64,000 nt of DNA. Source: Mobula hypostoma. Its lineage: Eukaryota. Of the stretch, positions 45,901-57,533 are shown piece by piece (within the stretch, counting starts at the first letter, position 1; each line of letters begins with the position of its first letter). Location of the stretch: assembly GCF_963921235.1 (NCBI RefSeq), contig NC_086100.1, forward strand, positions 200,696,001 through 200,760,000, written 5' to 3'. The notes under the pieces were generated by a model that saw nothing but the letters and a program-made list of their open reading frames with translations, was not told the origin of the DNA and did not search any database. The translations under genes and the position numbers were made by a program.

Positions 45901-48900
45901 ACAGTGACCCCTCTAACACCTCACCATTACACAACCACTGAAATACAGTGACCCCTCTAAACCCTCAACGTTACAGAAACACTGAAATACGGTGACCCCT
46001 CTAACACCTCAACGTTACACAACCACTGAAATACAGTGACCCCTCTAACACCTCACCATTACACAACCACTGAAATACAGTGACCCCTCTAACTCCTCAC
46101 CATTACACAACCACTGAAATACAGTGACCCCTCTAACACCTCACCATTACACAACCACTGAAATACAGTGACCCCTCTAACACCTCACCATTACACAACC
46201 ACTGAAATACGGTGACCCCTCTAAACCCTCAACGTTACAGAAACACTGAAATACGGTGACCCCTCTAACTCCTCAACGTTACACAACCACTGAAATACAG
46301 TGACCCCTCTAACACCTCACCATTACACAACCACTGAAATACAGTGACCCCTCTAACACCTCACCATTACACAACCACTGAAATACAGTGACCCCTCTAA
46401 CACCTCACCATTACACAACCACTGAAATACAGTACCCCCTCTAAACCCTCAACGTTACAGAAACACTGAAATACGGTGACTCCTCTAACACCTCACCGTT
46501 ACACAACCACTGAAATACAGTGCCTCCTCTAACACCTCACCATTACACAACCACTGAAATACAGTGACCCCTCTAACACCTCACCATTACACAACCACTG
46601 AAATACAGTGACCCCTCTAAACCCTCAACGTTACAGAAACACTGAAATACGGTGACCCCTCTAACACCTCACCGTTACCAAATCACTGAAATACAGTGAC
46701 CCCTCTAAACCCTCAACGTTACAGAAACACTGAAATACGGTGACCCCTCTAACTTCTCACCATTACACAATCACTGAAATACAGTGACCCCTCTAAACCC
46801 TCAACGTTACAGAAACACTGAAATACGGTGACCCCTCTAACACCTCACCATTACACAACCACTGAAATACAGTGACCCCTCTAACCCCTCACCATTACAC
46901 AACCACTGAAATACAGTACCCCCTCTAAACCCTCAACGTTACAGAAACACTGAAATACGGTGACCCCTCTAACACCTCACCATTACAGAAACACTGAAAT
47001 ACAGTGTCCCCTCTAAACCCTCAACGTTACAGAAACACTGAAATACGGTGACCCCTCTAACTCCTCACCATTACACAACCACTGAAATACAGTGACCCCT
47101 CTAACACCTCACTATTACAAAAACACTGAAATACGTGCCCCCTCTAACACCTCACCATTACACAACCACTGAAATACAGTGCCCCCTCTAACACCTCACC
47201 ATTACACAACCACTGAAATACGTGCCCCCTCTAACACCTCACCATTTCGCAAACCAGGCATCATTTTAAGGTGATTGTTGGAAAAGTATTGGGGGTTGAG
47301 GGCAAAAGGTGAAAACTTTGAGGGAGACGCAGGGAAACATCATCACGTAGAGGATCATGAGCGTGTGGAACAAGCTGCCAGCACGCGGTGCACGTGAGCT
47401 TGATTTCAAGGTTTAGGTGAAGTCCGGATAGCTACATGGATGGTAGGGGTGTTGAAGGCTATGGTCCCAGCAGGTCATTGGGAGTCAGCAGCTTAAATGG
47501 TTTGAAATGAACTGGATGTGCTGAACTTTTAACCAAATCTAAGATCAATCTAACCCTTCTGTCCCACATCACCCTCCATTTTCTATCACCTATGTGCCGA
47601 TCGAAGAGCCATTTGAATGTCCTCCTCTGTCCGCCTTCACCACCACTCCTGGCAGGTTATTCTATACACCCCCTGTCTGTGGAAAGAACCTACCTTTGAC
47701 ATCCCCCCCCCCCCCGCCACAATACTTTCCTGCAATCACCTTAAAATGATGCCTGGTTGTGTCAGTCAGTTCCACCTGGAGGGAAAGTCTATGGATGTCC
47801 AGTTGATCTTTGCCTCTTATCACATTGTACACCTCTACCAAGTCACCCTGCTGGTTCTGTGCCGGGTGACTCCGATGGTGGTAGACTGACTGGTCGAAGC
47901 AGAGTTTTGGAATAACCTGGATGACTCTGACGTTGGTAGTCTGATCAACTGAGACCCTGACAGAGAGAGCTTTGGAACATCCTGTGTTTGATTTTGAATC
48001 AAGGTGTGACTGTGAATGCGGTCCATCCCGGGGTGGTGATGACAGAGGCAATGAGATACTACGGTCTACACTTCAGGATCATCTTCAACCTGATTGGATT
48101 CTTCTTCTTCAAGGTGAGAGATGTCTTGTAGAAATGTTTAAAAATATGAGAGGCACTGATAAAGGGAACGTTAACAGTCTTTTCCACAAGTTGGGGGAGT
48201 CCAGTACTAGAGGGCAGAGGTTAAAGGTGAGGGGAGAATGATTTAAAAGGAACCCAAGGGGCGACTTTTCTTTGCAAAGATTGGCATGTATATAAAACAA
48301 GCTGCCAGAGGAAGTGGTTAAAGCAGGTTTTTTCGTGATTTGCCGTGTTGTATGATGTGAGCAATCAGGTCTTTCCATGACCAAGATTGTTCTTGGTAAA
48401 TTTCTCTACAGAAGTGGTTTGCCATTGCTTCTGGGCAGTGTCTTTACAAGACAGATGGCCCCAGCCGTTAACAATACGCTTCAGAGATTGACTGGCATCC
48501 GTGGCTACATAACCAGGACTTGCGATATGCACCAGCTGCTCCCATGGCTTTACGTGGCCCTGATCAGGGGCTGGGAAGGTGCTACACCTTGCCCAAGGGT
48601 GACCTGCAGGCAGCAGAGGGAAGGAGAGCCTTACACCTCCTTTGGTAGAGATGTGTCTCCACCCCACCACCCAGGTGGAGAGACAGGTACAATAGTATTT
48701 AATAAGCACTTGGATAGGTACATAGAGAGGAAAGCCTTAGAGAGATGTGGGCTGACCGCAGGAAATTGGGAGAAATTGGGACCAGCTGGGTGGTCACCGT
48801 GATCTACATTGACTAGATGGGCCGAAGAGCCTATTTCTGTGTTGATCTATATCTCTGCTGCTTGAGTGTCTCCTCCTCCAGCCCCTGCATCCCCACCTCC

Positions 48901-49605
48901 CTAACCCTCTCCTCCCTGTCCTCCCCCAATCCCTGCTTTCTATGCCTAGCCCCTCTGGCCTAATAAGCCATTGGTCAGATCACATTTGGAGTATAGTGAG
49001 CAGTTTTGCGTCCCTCATCAAAGAAAAATGTGCTGGCATTGGAGAAGATCCAGAGGAGGTTCATAAGGATGATTCCAGGAATAGAACAGAGATGAGAGTG
49101 AATTTCTTTAGCCAGAGGATGGTGAATCTGTGGAATTAATTACCATGGTTAGCTGTGGAGGCAAAGTCATTGGGTGTATCTGTAGCGGAGGTTGATAGGT
49201 TCTTGATTAGTCAGGGCATCAAAGGTTACGGGGAGAAGACAGGAGAATGGGATTGAGAGGGATAGTAAATCAGCCATGATGGAATGGTGGAGCAGACTCA
49301 ATGGGCTGAATGGCCTCATTCTGCTCTGTCTTATGATCTGAAGGGGTAGTGGTGGATGCAGTGGGTCCTGGATTCCCACTAACTGTGTCTGTGTATTGCA
49401 GTCTGCAGAGGAGGGAGCCGTCAGCTCCATCTACTGCGCCCTGTCCAAGGAGATGGAGGATGTCAGCGGCAAGTACATCGACAGCGACTGCTCCCTCTCC
49501 CTCCCCAGCCCCACCGCACAGGATGCAGCCTTGGCCAGGAAACTCTGGGAAGCCAGCGCCACACTGACCGGCCTCAGTGAGGGTGGTACGGGAGAGACAC
49601 ACTAA
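33750..49605 (+). CDS. Retinol dehydrogenase 11/12/13-like short-chain dehydrogenase/reductase, 6 exons, 340 aa: join(33750..33936,38448..38687,43658..43747,44682..44873,48004..48113,49402..49605)
   Basis: All introns are GT-AG with compatible phases, giving 1023 nt in total. N-terminal hydrophobic anchor, TGSNTGVG Rossmann motif, [22 protein letters not shown], catalytic [14 protein letters not shown], and SGKYIDSDC...ARKLWEAS. Confidence 0.93.
34300..35180. repeat. C-rich minisatellite of about 29-30 bp in SDR intron 1
   Basis: Unit is approximately cgctctctcccccacactcaacccccct, more degenerate toward the left. Confidence 0.9.
35180..37450 (+). mobile_element. Mosaic of CR1 fragments (ORF1 esterase, EN, RT, 3' ends)
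   Basis: Remnants [34 protein letters not shown] and FADDKK, plus CR1 tails. Confidence 0.82.
37480..37697 (-). mobile_element. tRNA-derived SINE, decayed
   Basis: Minus strand starts gctatggtaacgtagtcg (A-box-like) and contains gggttcacttcc (B-box-like), followed by a vertebrate SINE-like body. Confidence 0.55.
37965..38370. repeat. Pure (CT/CCCT)n polypyrimidine tract
   Basis: About 400 bp almost entirely C/T, ending about 80 bp upstream of exon 2. Confidence 0.95.
38448..38687 (+). CDS. SDR gene exon 2
   Basis: Acceptor gtgccag|, reads [22 protein letters not shown]...[11 protein letters not shown], donor gtaacc. Confidence 0.93.
38701..42970 (-). mobile_element. Full-length CR1 LINE, antisense in SDR intron 2
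   Basis: ORF1 pieces ([30 protein letters not shown]) and ORF2 pieces from 41666 down to 38792 with EN and RT motifs. The 3' tail sits at 38701. Confidence 0.93.
43490..43610 (+). mobile_element. Penelope-like terminal fragment
   Basis: agggtcccggcccaaaac...gctgcctggcctgctgagttcc matches 14790-14870. Confidence 0.65.
43658..43747 (+). CDS. SDR gene exon 3
   Basis: Acceptor ctccccccag|, reads [29 protein letters not shown], donor gtgagt. Confidence 0.93.
44160..44676 (+). mobile_element. CR1 3' fragment abutting exon 4
   Basis: Ends in the CR1 terminal motif gaatggcctaattctgctcctatgtcttatgg. Confidence 0.85.
44682..44873 (+). CDS. SDR gene exon 4 (catalytic YxxxK)
   Basis: Acceptor ggaccag|, reads [15 protein letters not shown]...[23 protein letters not shown], donor gttggg. 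Confidence 0.92.
45672..47253. repeat. 44-bp minisatellite (about 36 units) in SDR intron 4
   Basis: Unit actgaaatacagtgacccctctaacacctcaccattacacaacc, with an interspersed variant ...aaaccctcaacgttacagaaac...cggtg. Confidence 0.96.
47255..47850. mobile_element. CR1 3' fragments, both orientations
   Basis: Similar to the CR1 C-terminal and 3' UTR sequences elsewhere in the window. Confidence 0.6.
48004..48113 (+). CDS. SDR gene exon 5 (not in the ORF track in this frame)
   Basis: Acceptor atcaag|, reads [36 protein letters not shown], donor gtgaga. Confidence 0.9.
48114..49340 (+). mobile_element. CR1 3' fragments and another interspersed repeat in SDR intron 5
   Basis: CR1 C-terminal remnants at 48114-48325, 48680-48845 and 48960-49340. 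Confidence 0.6.
49402..49605 (+). CDS. SDR gene exon 6 (last coding exon)
   Basis: Acceptor attgcag|, reads [15 protein letters not shown]...[14 protein letters not shown]..., ends in TAA. Confidence 0.92.
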   Translation, partial: SAEEGAVSSIYCALSKEMEDVSGKYIDSDCSLSLPSPTAQDAALARKLWEASATLTGLSEGGTGETH

Positions 49606-49664
49606 CGGGAGACCATGAAGTGCTGAGAGCCACACGACAAGAAGGGCAATATGTCTTCCAACAC

Positions 49665-50040
49665 CCCGCCCCACCCCACCCCACCCCACCCCACCCGACC
49701 TTCCTCATAGTCCCCATTCCACCATCCCACCCCGTCCTGCCTGTCCACATCCCCCCTACCCTCTCCAAACCTTTCCCATCTTCACCCCCACCCTTTCCAA
49801 ACCTTTCCCATCTTCACTCCCCTCCCCCCTCCCCCTCCCCCTCCCTTCCCCTCCCCTCCCCCTCCCCTCCCTTTCCCTCCCCCTCCCCTCCCTTCCCCTC
49901 CCCTCCCTTTCCCTCCCCCTCCCCTCCCTCCCCCTCCCCTCCCTTTCCCTCCCCCTCCCCTCCCTTCCCCTCCCCCTCCCTTCCCCTCCCCTCCCTTTCC
50001 CTCCCCTCCCCTCCCTTCCCTCCCTTCCCTCCCTTCCCTC
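49665..50040. repeat. (CCCCA)n/(CCCCT)n low-complexity tract in the SDR 3' UTR
   Basis: Visible directly in the sequence. Confidence 0.9.
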
Positions 50041-50058
50041 ATTCTGTGGATCTGTGAA

Positions 50059-50064
50059 AATAAA
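50059..50064 (+). terminator. Candidate polyadenylation signal of the SDR gene
   Basis: First AATAAA after the stop codon, followed by a GT/T-rich stretch. Confidence 0.5.
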
Positions 50065-50469
50065 GAAAGATGAGCTTTATTTGTCCTGTGTACGTCAAAA
50101 CACAAAGTGAAATGCATCATTTGTGTCCATTACCAGCAGAGCCTGGGGCAGCCTGCAAGTGTCACCATGTCCTCAACTCACTAAACCGAACCGTATGTCT
50201 TCAAATTTCACAGTAAAAATTATTATCAGAGTACATACAGTATATGTCACCACATACAACCCCGAGATTCTTCCTGTGCAGGCCTGCTCAGCAAATCTAT
50301 AGAATAGTAATTGTAAACAGGATCAATAAAAGAGCAAGAGCACAGACGACAAAAAACTGTGCAAATGCAAAGGAATAGCGATAAATAATGAGAGTATGAA
50401 ATAACAAGACAAAGAGTCCTCATAGTGAGATCATTGGTTGCAGGAACCTCTCAATAGATGAGTGTAGTT

Positions 50470-53400
50470 GTCTCGGGAGATTCTGGCAGTTTTGGCAGTT
50501 GGACTGTACAATCAGGACAATCGAGATTTGAATAGATCAGCAGAAAGCCGTTGATTGGACAATCGAGATTTGAATAGCTCAGACTCAGCAGGAAGCAGCT
50601 GATTGGACAATCAAGGTCAGGTGACCAAGCAGTTTGAAAAGTTCAAACAGATGAACAGAGGGGTAGCCCAAACCTGTGGAAAGCGGCCAGTGAGTGAGTG
50701 GGCCAGTGAAGGAGTGGAGCTTTGAGGCTTCGACGAGAAGAGGCGGAGGACAAGCTTGATCGCAGTTAGTCTTTACAATGCCTCCTGAGATGGTGATGTG
50801 CCTCTCATGTGAGATGTGGCAGTTTTGGGGGAACTCCCCTCTCCCGCAGAGTCACATCTGCCAGAAGTGCTTACGGCTGGGCGATCTGGAAGACCGTGTA
50901 AGGAATCTGGAGCAGCAGCTGGATGACCGTCGACTCATAAGGGAGAATGAGGCAGTCATAGATGACAGCTACAGGGAGGTAGTCACACCTAGGCTGTCGG
51001 AAGCAGGTGGTTGGGTGACAGTCAGAGGGGGGAAAGCGAAGGTGAGCAGACAGGTAGTGCAGAGCACCCCTGTAGCCATTCCCCTGAATAATAAGTTTAC
51101 CGTCCTGGATACTGTTGGCGGGGACGACTGAACAGGTGTGAGCCGTGGTGGCAGGGCCTCCGGCACTGAGTCTGACCCTGTGGTGCAGAAGGGTGGGACA
51201 GAGGAGAGCTGTCATCATTGGAGACTCTATAGTCAGGGGAGCAGACAGGAGATTTTCTGGACGTGAGAAGGACACCCGCATGGTTTGTTGCCTCCCGGGT
51301 GCCAGGGTCCAGGATGTCTCTGACCGGGTGCATGACATCCTGCTACGAGAGGGAAAGCAACCAGAAGTCATGATACATGTTGGTACCAACGACATAGGCA
51401 GGAGGAGGGATGAGGTCCTGAAGTGTGAGTTTTGGGAACTAGGCAGAAGGCTGAAGAACAGGACCTCAAGGGTGGCGTTCTCAGGATTGCTGCCAGTGCT
51501 ACGTGACAGTGATGGTAAGAATTGGAGGAGATGGCAGTTGAATGCGTGGCTGAGGAGTTGGTGCAGGGAGCAGGGTTTTAGATTTTTAGATCATTGGGAT
51601 CTCTTCTGGGGAAGGTGGGACCTGTACAGATTGGATGAGTTGCACCTGAACTCGAGGGGGAGCAATATCCTTGCAGGTAGGTTTGCTAGCATGGTTCGGG
51701 AGGGTTTAAACTAATTTGCAAGGGGGATGGGACCTGGAACAATAGAGCAGTGGAAGAAGTGCATGGAGTAAAGCCAGATCTAACATATAGAGAGGCTTAG
51801 AGGAAAGAGAAGCAGAATAAAGGGTGTAGAGGTAGTAAGGTAGAAGGGCTAAAGTGCATGTACTTCAATGCAAGAAGCATCAGGAACAAAGGTGATGAAC
51901 TGAGAGCTTGGATACATACATGGAATTATGATGTAGTGGCCATAACAGAGACTTGGCTGACACCAGGGCAGGAATAGATTCTCAATATTCCTGGATTTCA
52001 GAGCTTTAAAAGGTATGGGCGGGGGGGAAGGGGAGGAGGGGTGGCATTACTGGTCAGGGATACTATTACAGCTACAGAAAGGGTGGGTAATGTAGCAGGA
52101 TCCTCTTTTCAGTCCGTATGGGTGGAAGTCAGGAACAGGAAGGGAGCAGTTACTCTACTGGGGGTATTCTATAGGCCCCCTGGTAGCAGCAGAGATACAG
52201 AGGAGCAGATTGGGAGTCAGATTTTGGAAAGGTGCAAAAATAACAGGGTTGTTATCATGGGTGACTATAACTTCCCTAATATTGATTGGCACCTGATTAG
52301 TTCCAAGGGTTTAGATCAGGGGTCCCCAACCTTTTTTGCACTCCGGACCGGTTTAATATTGACAATATTCTTGCGGACCGGCCGACCCAGATGGGTGGGG
52401 GGGGGGGGTAGGGTTGCCAACGGACAAGAGTAGTGGTCAAATACGTTGTGTTTACACCGAAAAAGACTACAATGACCATGAAGCGCATATTTTCCTCGCA
52501 TGAATATAGTGATAAGTCAATTATCGGTGGAGCTTGAAGTAAGTGTTGAACGAACTTCCAGTAGAAGTGGCAGAAGCAGGTTCGATATTATCATTTGAAG
52601 AAAAATTGTACAAGTATATGGACAGGAAAGGAATGGTGGGTTATGGGCTGAGTGCAGGTCGGCGGGACTAGGTGAGAGTAGCGTTCGGCACGGACTAGAA
52701 GGGCAGAGATGGCCTGTTTCCGTGCTGTAATTGTACATAAGTCAATAGCATCATAACATTTTAAGTAACGTTTGGATATTAAACACTCAGCGCATATTTT
52801 CCCCGTATGAACATATAAAATCATTGCAACACACCAATATCGCTGAATCAGTGGGAGCCCTGGGCTTGCTTCCCGGCAACAAGACGGTCCTATCGAGGGG
52901 TGATGGGAGACAGCGATACTCGAAGGGGGTTCCTTATGTCCAGTCTATTCCGCAATTTAGTTTTCCTTGCATTCATTGCAGAAAACTCCGCTTCTCAGAA
53001 AAATGTTGGAAATGGAAACAACCTTTTCAGTGCTTTCGTGGCTATCTCAGGACATTTAGCCTTGACTTTGATCCAGAATGCTGACAGAGATGTTAGGTCA
53101 AACATACTTCTCAGCCTGCCGTCATTCGCAAGCGCCAGGAGCTGATCTCTTTCCCGCGCTGACATAGATGATGTGCGGGTAATGACGTCGCGTGCGTAAT
53201 GGCTGAACAGTGGCCGTGACCGGGAATGAGGAAAGGTCCAGCTGACTCCTATCGGCAAATCATATCGTTTCCTCGCGGCCCGGTGGCACATGCTTTGCGG
53301 CCCGGTGGTTGGAGACCGCTGGACTAGGGGGAATGCCATACTAGATCTAGTACTAGGTAACGAACCGGGTCTGGTCACAGATCTCTCAGTGGGTGAGCAT

Positions 53401-55630
53401 TTGGGGGATAGTGACCACCGCTCCCTGGCCTTCAGCATTATCATGGAAAAGGATAGAATCAGAGAGGACAGGAACAATTTTAATTGGGGAAGGGCAAATT
53501 ATGAGGCTATAAGGCTAGAACTTGCGGGTGTGAATTGGGATGCTGTTTTGGCAGGGAAATGTACGATGGACATGTGGTCGATGTTTTGGGATCTCTTGCA
53601 GGATGTTAGGGATAAATTTGTCTCGGTGAGGAGGATAAAGAATGGTAGGGTGAAGGAACCATGGGTGACAAGTGAGGTGGAAAATCTAGTCAGGTGGAAG
53701 AAGGCAGCATACATGAGGATTAGGAAGCAAGGATCAGATGGGTCTATTGAGGAATATAGGGAAGCAAGAAAGGAGCTTAAGAAGGGGCTGAGAAGAACAA
53801 GAAGGGGGCATGAGAAGGCCTTGGAGAGTAGGGTAAAGGAAAACCCCAAGGCATTCTACAATTATGTGAAGAACAAAAGGATGACAGGAGTGAAGGTAGG
53901 ACCGATTAGAGATAAAGATGGGAAGATGTGCCTGGAGCTGTGGAAGTGAGTGAGGTCCTCAATGAATACTTCTCTTTGGTATTCACCAATGAGAGGGAAC
54001 TTGATGATGGTGAGGACAATATGAGTGAGGTTGATGTTCTGGAGCATGCTGATATTAAGGGAGAGGAGGTTTTGGAGTTGTTAAAATACGTTAGGACAGA
54101 TAAATCCCCGGGGCCTGATGGAATATTCCCCAGGCTGCTCCACGAGGGGAGGGAAGAGATTGCTGAGCCTCTGGCTAGGATCTTTATGTTCTCGTTGTCC
54201 ACGGGAATGGTACCGGAGCATTGGAGGGATGCGAATGTTGTCTACTTTTTCAAAAAAGGTAGTAGGGATAGTCCGGGTAATTATAGACCAGTGAGACTTA
54301 CGTCTGTGGTGGGAAAGCTGTTGGAAAAGATTCTTAGAGATAGGACCTATGGGCATTTAGAGAATCATGGCCTGATCAGGGACAGTCAGCATGGTTTTGT
54401 GAAGGGCAGATGGTGTCTAACAAGCCTGATAGAGTTCTCTGAGGAGGCGACCAGGCATATAGATGGGGGTAGTGCAGTGCATGTGATCTACATGGATCTT
54501 AGTAAGGCATTTGACAAGGTTCCGCACGGTAGGCTTATTCAGAAAGTCAGAAGGCATGGGATCCAGGGAAGTTTGGCCAGGTGGATTCAGAATTGGCTTC
54601 CCTGCAGAAGGCAGAGGGTTGTGGTGGAGGGAGTACATTCAGATTGGAGGGTTGTGACTAGTGGCGTCCCACAATAATCGGTTCTGGGACCTCTACTTTT
54701 CGTGATTTTTATTAACGACCTGGATGTGGGGGTAGAAGGAGGGGTTGGCAAGTTAGTGGTGTTGTAGATAGTGTAGAGGATTGGGTCGAAGATTACAGAG
54801 AGACATTGATAGGTTGCAGAAGTGGGCTGAGAACTGGCAGACGGAGTTCAACTCAGAGCAGTGTGAGGTGGTACACTTTGGAAGGACAAACTCCAAGGCA
54901 GAGTACAAAGTAAATGGCAGGATACTTGGTAGTCTGGAGGAGCAGAGGGACTTGGGGGTACATGTCCACAGATCCCTGAAAGTTGCCTCACAAGTAGATA
55001 GGATAGTTAAGAAAGCTTATGGGGTGTTAGCTTTCATAAATCGAGGGATAGAGTTTAAGAGTCGCCAGGTAATGATGCAGCTCTATAAAACTCTGGTTAG
55101 GCCACACTTGGAGTACTGTGTCCAGTTCTGGTCGCCTCACTAAGGGAAGGATGTGGAAGCATTGGAAAGGGTATAGAGAAGATATACCAGGATACTCCCT
55201 GGTTTAGAGAGTATGCATTATGATCAGAGATTAAGGGAGCTAGGGCTTTACTCTTTGGAGAGAAGGAAGATGAGAGGAGACATGATAGAGGTATACAAGA
55301 TATTAAGAGGAATAGATAGAGTGGATAGCCAGCGCCTCTTCCCCAGGGCACCACTGCTCAATACAAGGGACATGGCTTTAAGGTAAGGGGTGGGAAGTTC
55401 AAGGGGGATATTAGAGGAAGGTTTTTTACTCAGAGAGTGGTTGGTGCGTGGAATGCACTACCTGAGTCAGTGGTGGAGGCAGATACACTAGTGAAGTTTA
55501 AGAGACTACTAGACAGGTATATGGAGGAATTTAAGGTGGGGTCTTATATAGGAGGTAGGGTTTAAGGGTCGGCACAACATTGTGGGCCGAATGGCCTGTA
55601 CTGTGCTGTACCATTCTTTGTTTAATGTTC
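50470..55630 (+). mobile_element. Full-length CR1 LINE with a hAT insertion
   Basis: 5' UTR has repeated gattggacaatc motifs. ORF1 spans 50778-51714 with one stop. ORF2 pieces extend to about 55500, with a small deletion removing FADDTK near 54755. 3' tail present. Confidence 0.93.
52317..53321 (-). mobile_element. Non-autonomous hAT (Buster/Charlie-like) DNA transposon
   Basis: TIRs caggggtccccaacc and cagcggtctccaacc (13/15 match). Transposase C-terminal dimerization remnant SLSAFWIKVKAKCPEIATKALK...FPT...KQAQGSH at about 52848-53160. An internal CR1 tail piece is flanked by ataagtcaat. Confidence 0.9.
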
Positions 55631-55634
55631 TAAG

Positions 55635-56560
55635 TTTCCGCCTCCACCACCACCGCAGACAGCCCATTCCACGCACTCACCACTCTCTGTATAAAAAAAC
55701 TTACCCCTGACATCTCCTCTGTACCTACTTCCAAGCACCTTAAAAATGTCCTCTCATGTTAGCCATTTCAGCTCTGGGGAAAAGCCTCTGACTATCCACA
55801 CGATCAATGCCTCTCATCATCTTATACACCTCTATCAGGTCACCTCTTATCCTCCATTGATCCAAGGAGAAAAGGCCGAGTTCACTCAACCTATTCTCAT
55901 AAGGCGTGCTCCCCAATCCAGGCGACATCCTTGTAAATCTCCTCTGCACCCTTTCTATGGCTTCCACATCCTTTCTGTCGTGAGGTGACCAGAACTGAGC
56001 ACAGTACTCAAAGTGGGGTCTGACCAGGGTCCTATATGGCTGCAACATTACCTCTCAGCTCTTAAACTCAATCCCACGACTGATGAAGGCCAATACGCCG
56101 TATGCCTTCTTAAACCACAGAGTCAACCTGCACAGCAGCTTTGAGTGTCCTGTGGACTCGGACCCCAAGATCCCTCTGATCCCTTACACTGCCAGGAGTC
56201 TTACCATTAATACTATATTCTGCTATCATTTTTGACAGACCAAAATGAACCAACTCACACTTAACTGTATCTGGGTTGAACTCCACCTGCCACTTTTCAG
56301 CCCAGTTTTGCATCCTATCAATGCCCCGTTGTAAGCTCTGACAGCCTCCACACTATCCTCAACACCCCCAAGCTTTGTGTCATCAGCAAATTTACTAACC
56401 CATCCCTCCACTTCCTCGTCCAGGTCAGTTCCTCATCAGGTACCAGTTCCTGTACCCTACCACCTTTCCCATGTCTCATTGGAATGTACCTACTCATAAC
56501 CCCACAAAAAGTTCCCCTGAACATTTGCCACATTTTTTCGGTACGTTTCCCTGAGAGTCA
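55635..56560 (-). mobile_element. CR1 fragments
   Basis: Remnants [13 protein letters not shown] and LVRPHFEYCAQFWSP. Confidence 0.85.
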
Positions 56561-56679
56561 TTGTACGTTAGAGCACAGAAACAGGCCCTTCAGCCCTTTG
56601 AGTCTGTGTTGAGCCTCATCCTATCAACCCACATATGCACCATAGATCTCCTTACCGGTCCCATCCAAAATTGACTCCA

Positions 56680-57345
56680 CATCCACTACTTTCTCTGGCA
56701 GCTGGAGATTCCAGACTAGACTGGAATCAACGAGGGATGCTCGACAGCTGTGGCAGGTTTTGAAAGCCATAACCTCGTACAAAATTAAATTTTGCAACAT
56801 AGGGAACAGCAGAACTTCACTTCCAAATGAGCTCAATGCCTTCTATGCATTCTTTGACCACCAGAACAGGGAGGAACCATCGCACACCCCCATGTCTCCC
56901 CATGATCCTTTGGCCTCAGTATCTGAAGATGACATGTGGGCTGCCTTCAAGAGAGTGAACCCAAGGAAAGCATCCGGTCTGGATGGAGTACCAGGCCAAG
57001 TACTGAAGACCCGTGCTGACCAACTGCCTGGCGAATTCCTGGATATCTTCGACCTCCTGCTCTGGCAGTGCGTCGTACCCGCCTGCTTCAAACGGGCTTC
57101 AACTGTACCAGCGCCCAAGAAGAGCATGGTAACCTGTCTAAATGACTATCACCCAGAAGCACTTACATCTACATGAAATAATGCTGTAGAGAAACAGCAT
57201 CCATCATCAGAGATCCTCACCACCCAGGCCGCGTTCTTTTCTCACTGCTGCCATTAGGTAGAAGGTACAGGAGCCTCATGACTCACACCACCAGGTTCAA
57301 GAACAGATATTGCCACTCAAACATCACTCTTGAACAAAAGAGGAT
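56680..57345 (+). mobile_element. Rex1/Babar-type LINE fragment, internally deleted
   Basis: Reads LPNELNAFYAFFD...VNPRKASGLDGVPGQVLK...CLNDYHPEALTS, then jumps to C-terminal sequence. Confidence 0.8.
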
Positions 57346-57347
57346 AA

Positions 57348-57533
57348 ACATAGAACATAGAATAGTACAGCAGAGTACAGGCCCTTTGGCCCACATTGTT
57401 GTGCCAATCATCAAACTCTGCCTCCCATATAAGCCCCCACCTTAAATTCCTCCATATACCTGTCTAGTAGTCTCTTAAACTTCACTAGTGTATCTGCCTC
57501 CACCACTGACTCAGGCAGTGTATTCCACGCACC
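57348..57533 (-). mobile_element. CR1 3' end
   Basis: Nearly identical to 29688-29872. Confidence 0.85.

Noticed and set aside
45672..47253. CRISPR-like regular array
   Set aside because: Units are contiguous with no unique spacers, there are no cas genes, and it lies in a vertebrate intron.
7847..49605. Functional coupling of the VLIG GTPase and the SDR gene as one system
   Set aside because: Adjacency across about 20 kb of TEs in a vertebrate genome is not evidence of a shared pathway. Conserved synteny and co-expression would be needed.
49620..50120. Proline-rich extensin-like and Gly-rich ORFs
   Set aside because: Low-complexity 3' UTR sequence.
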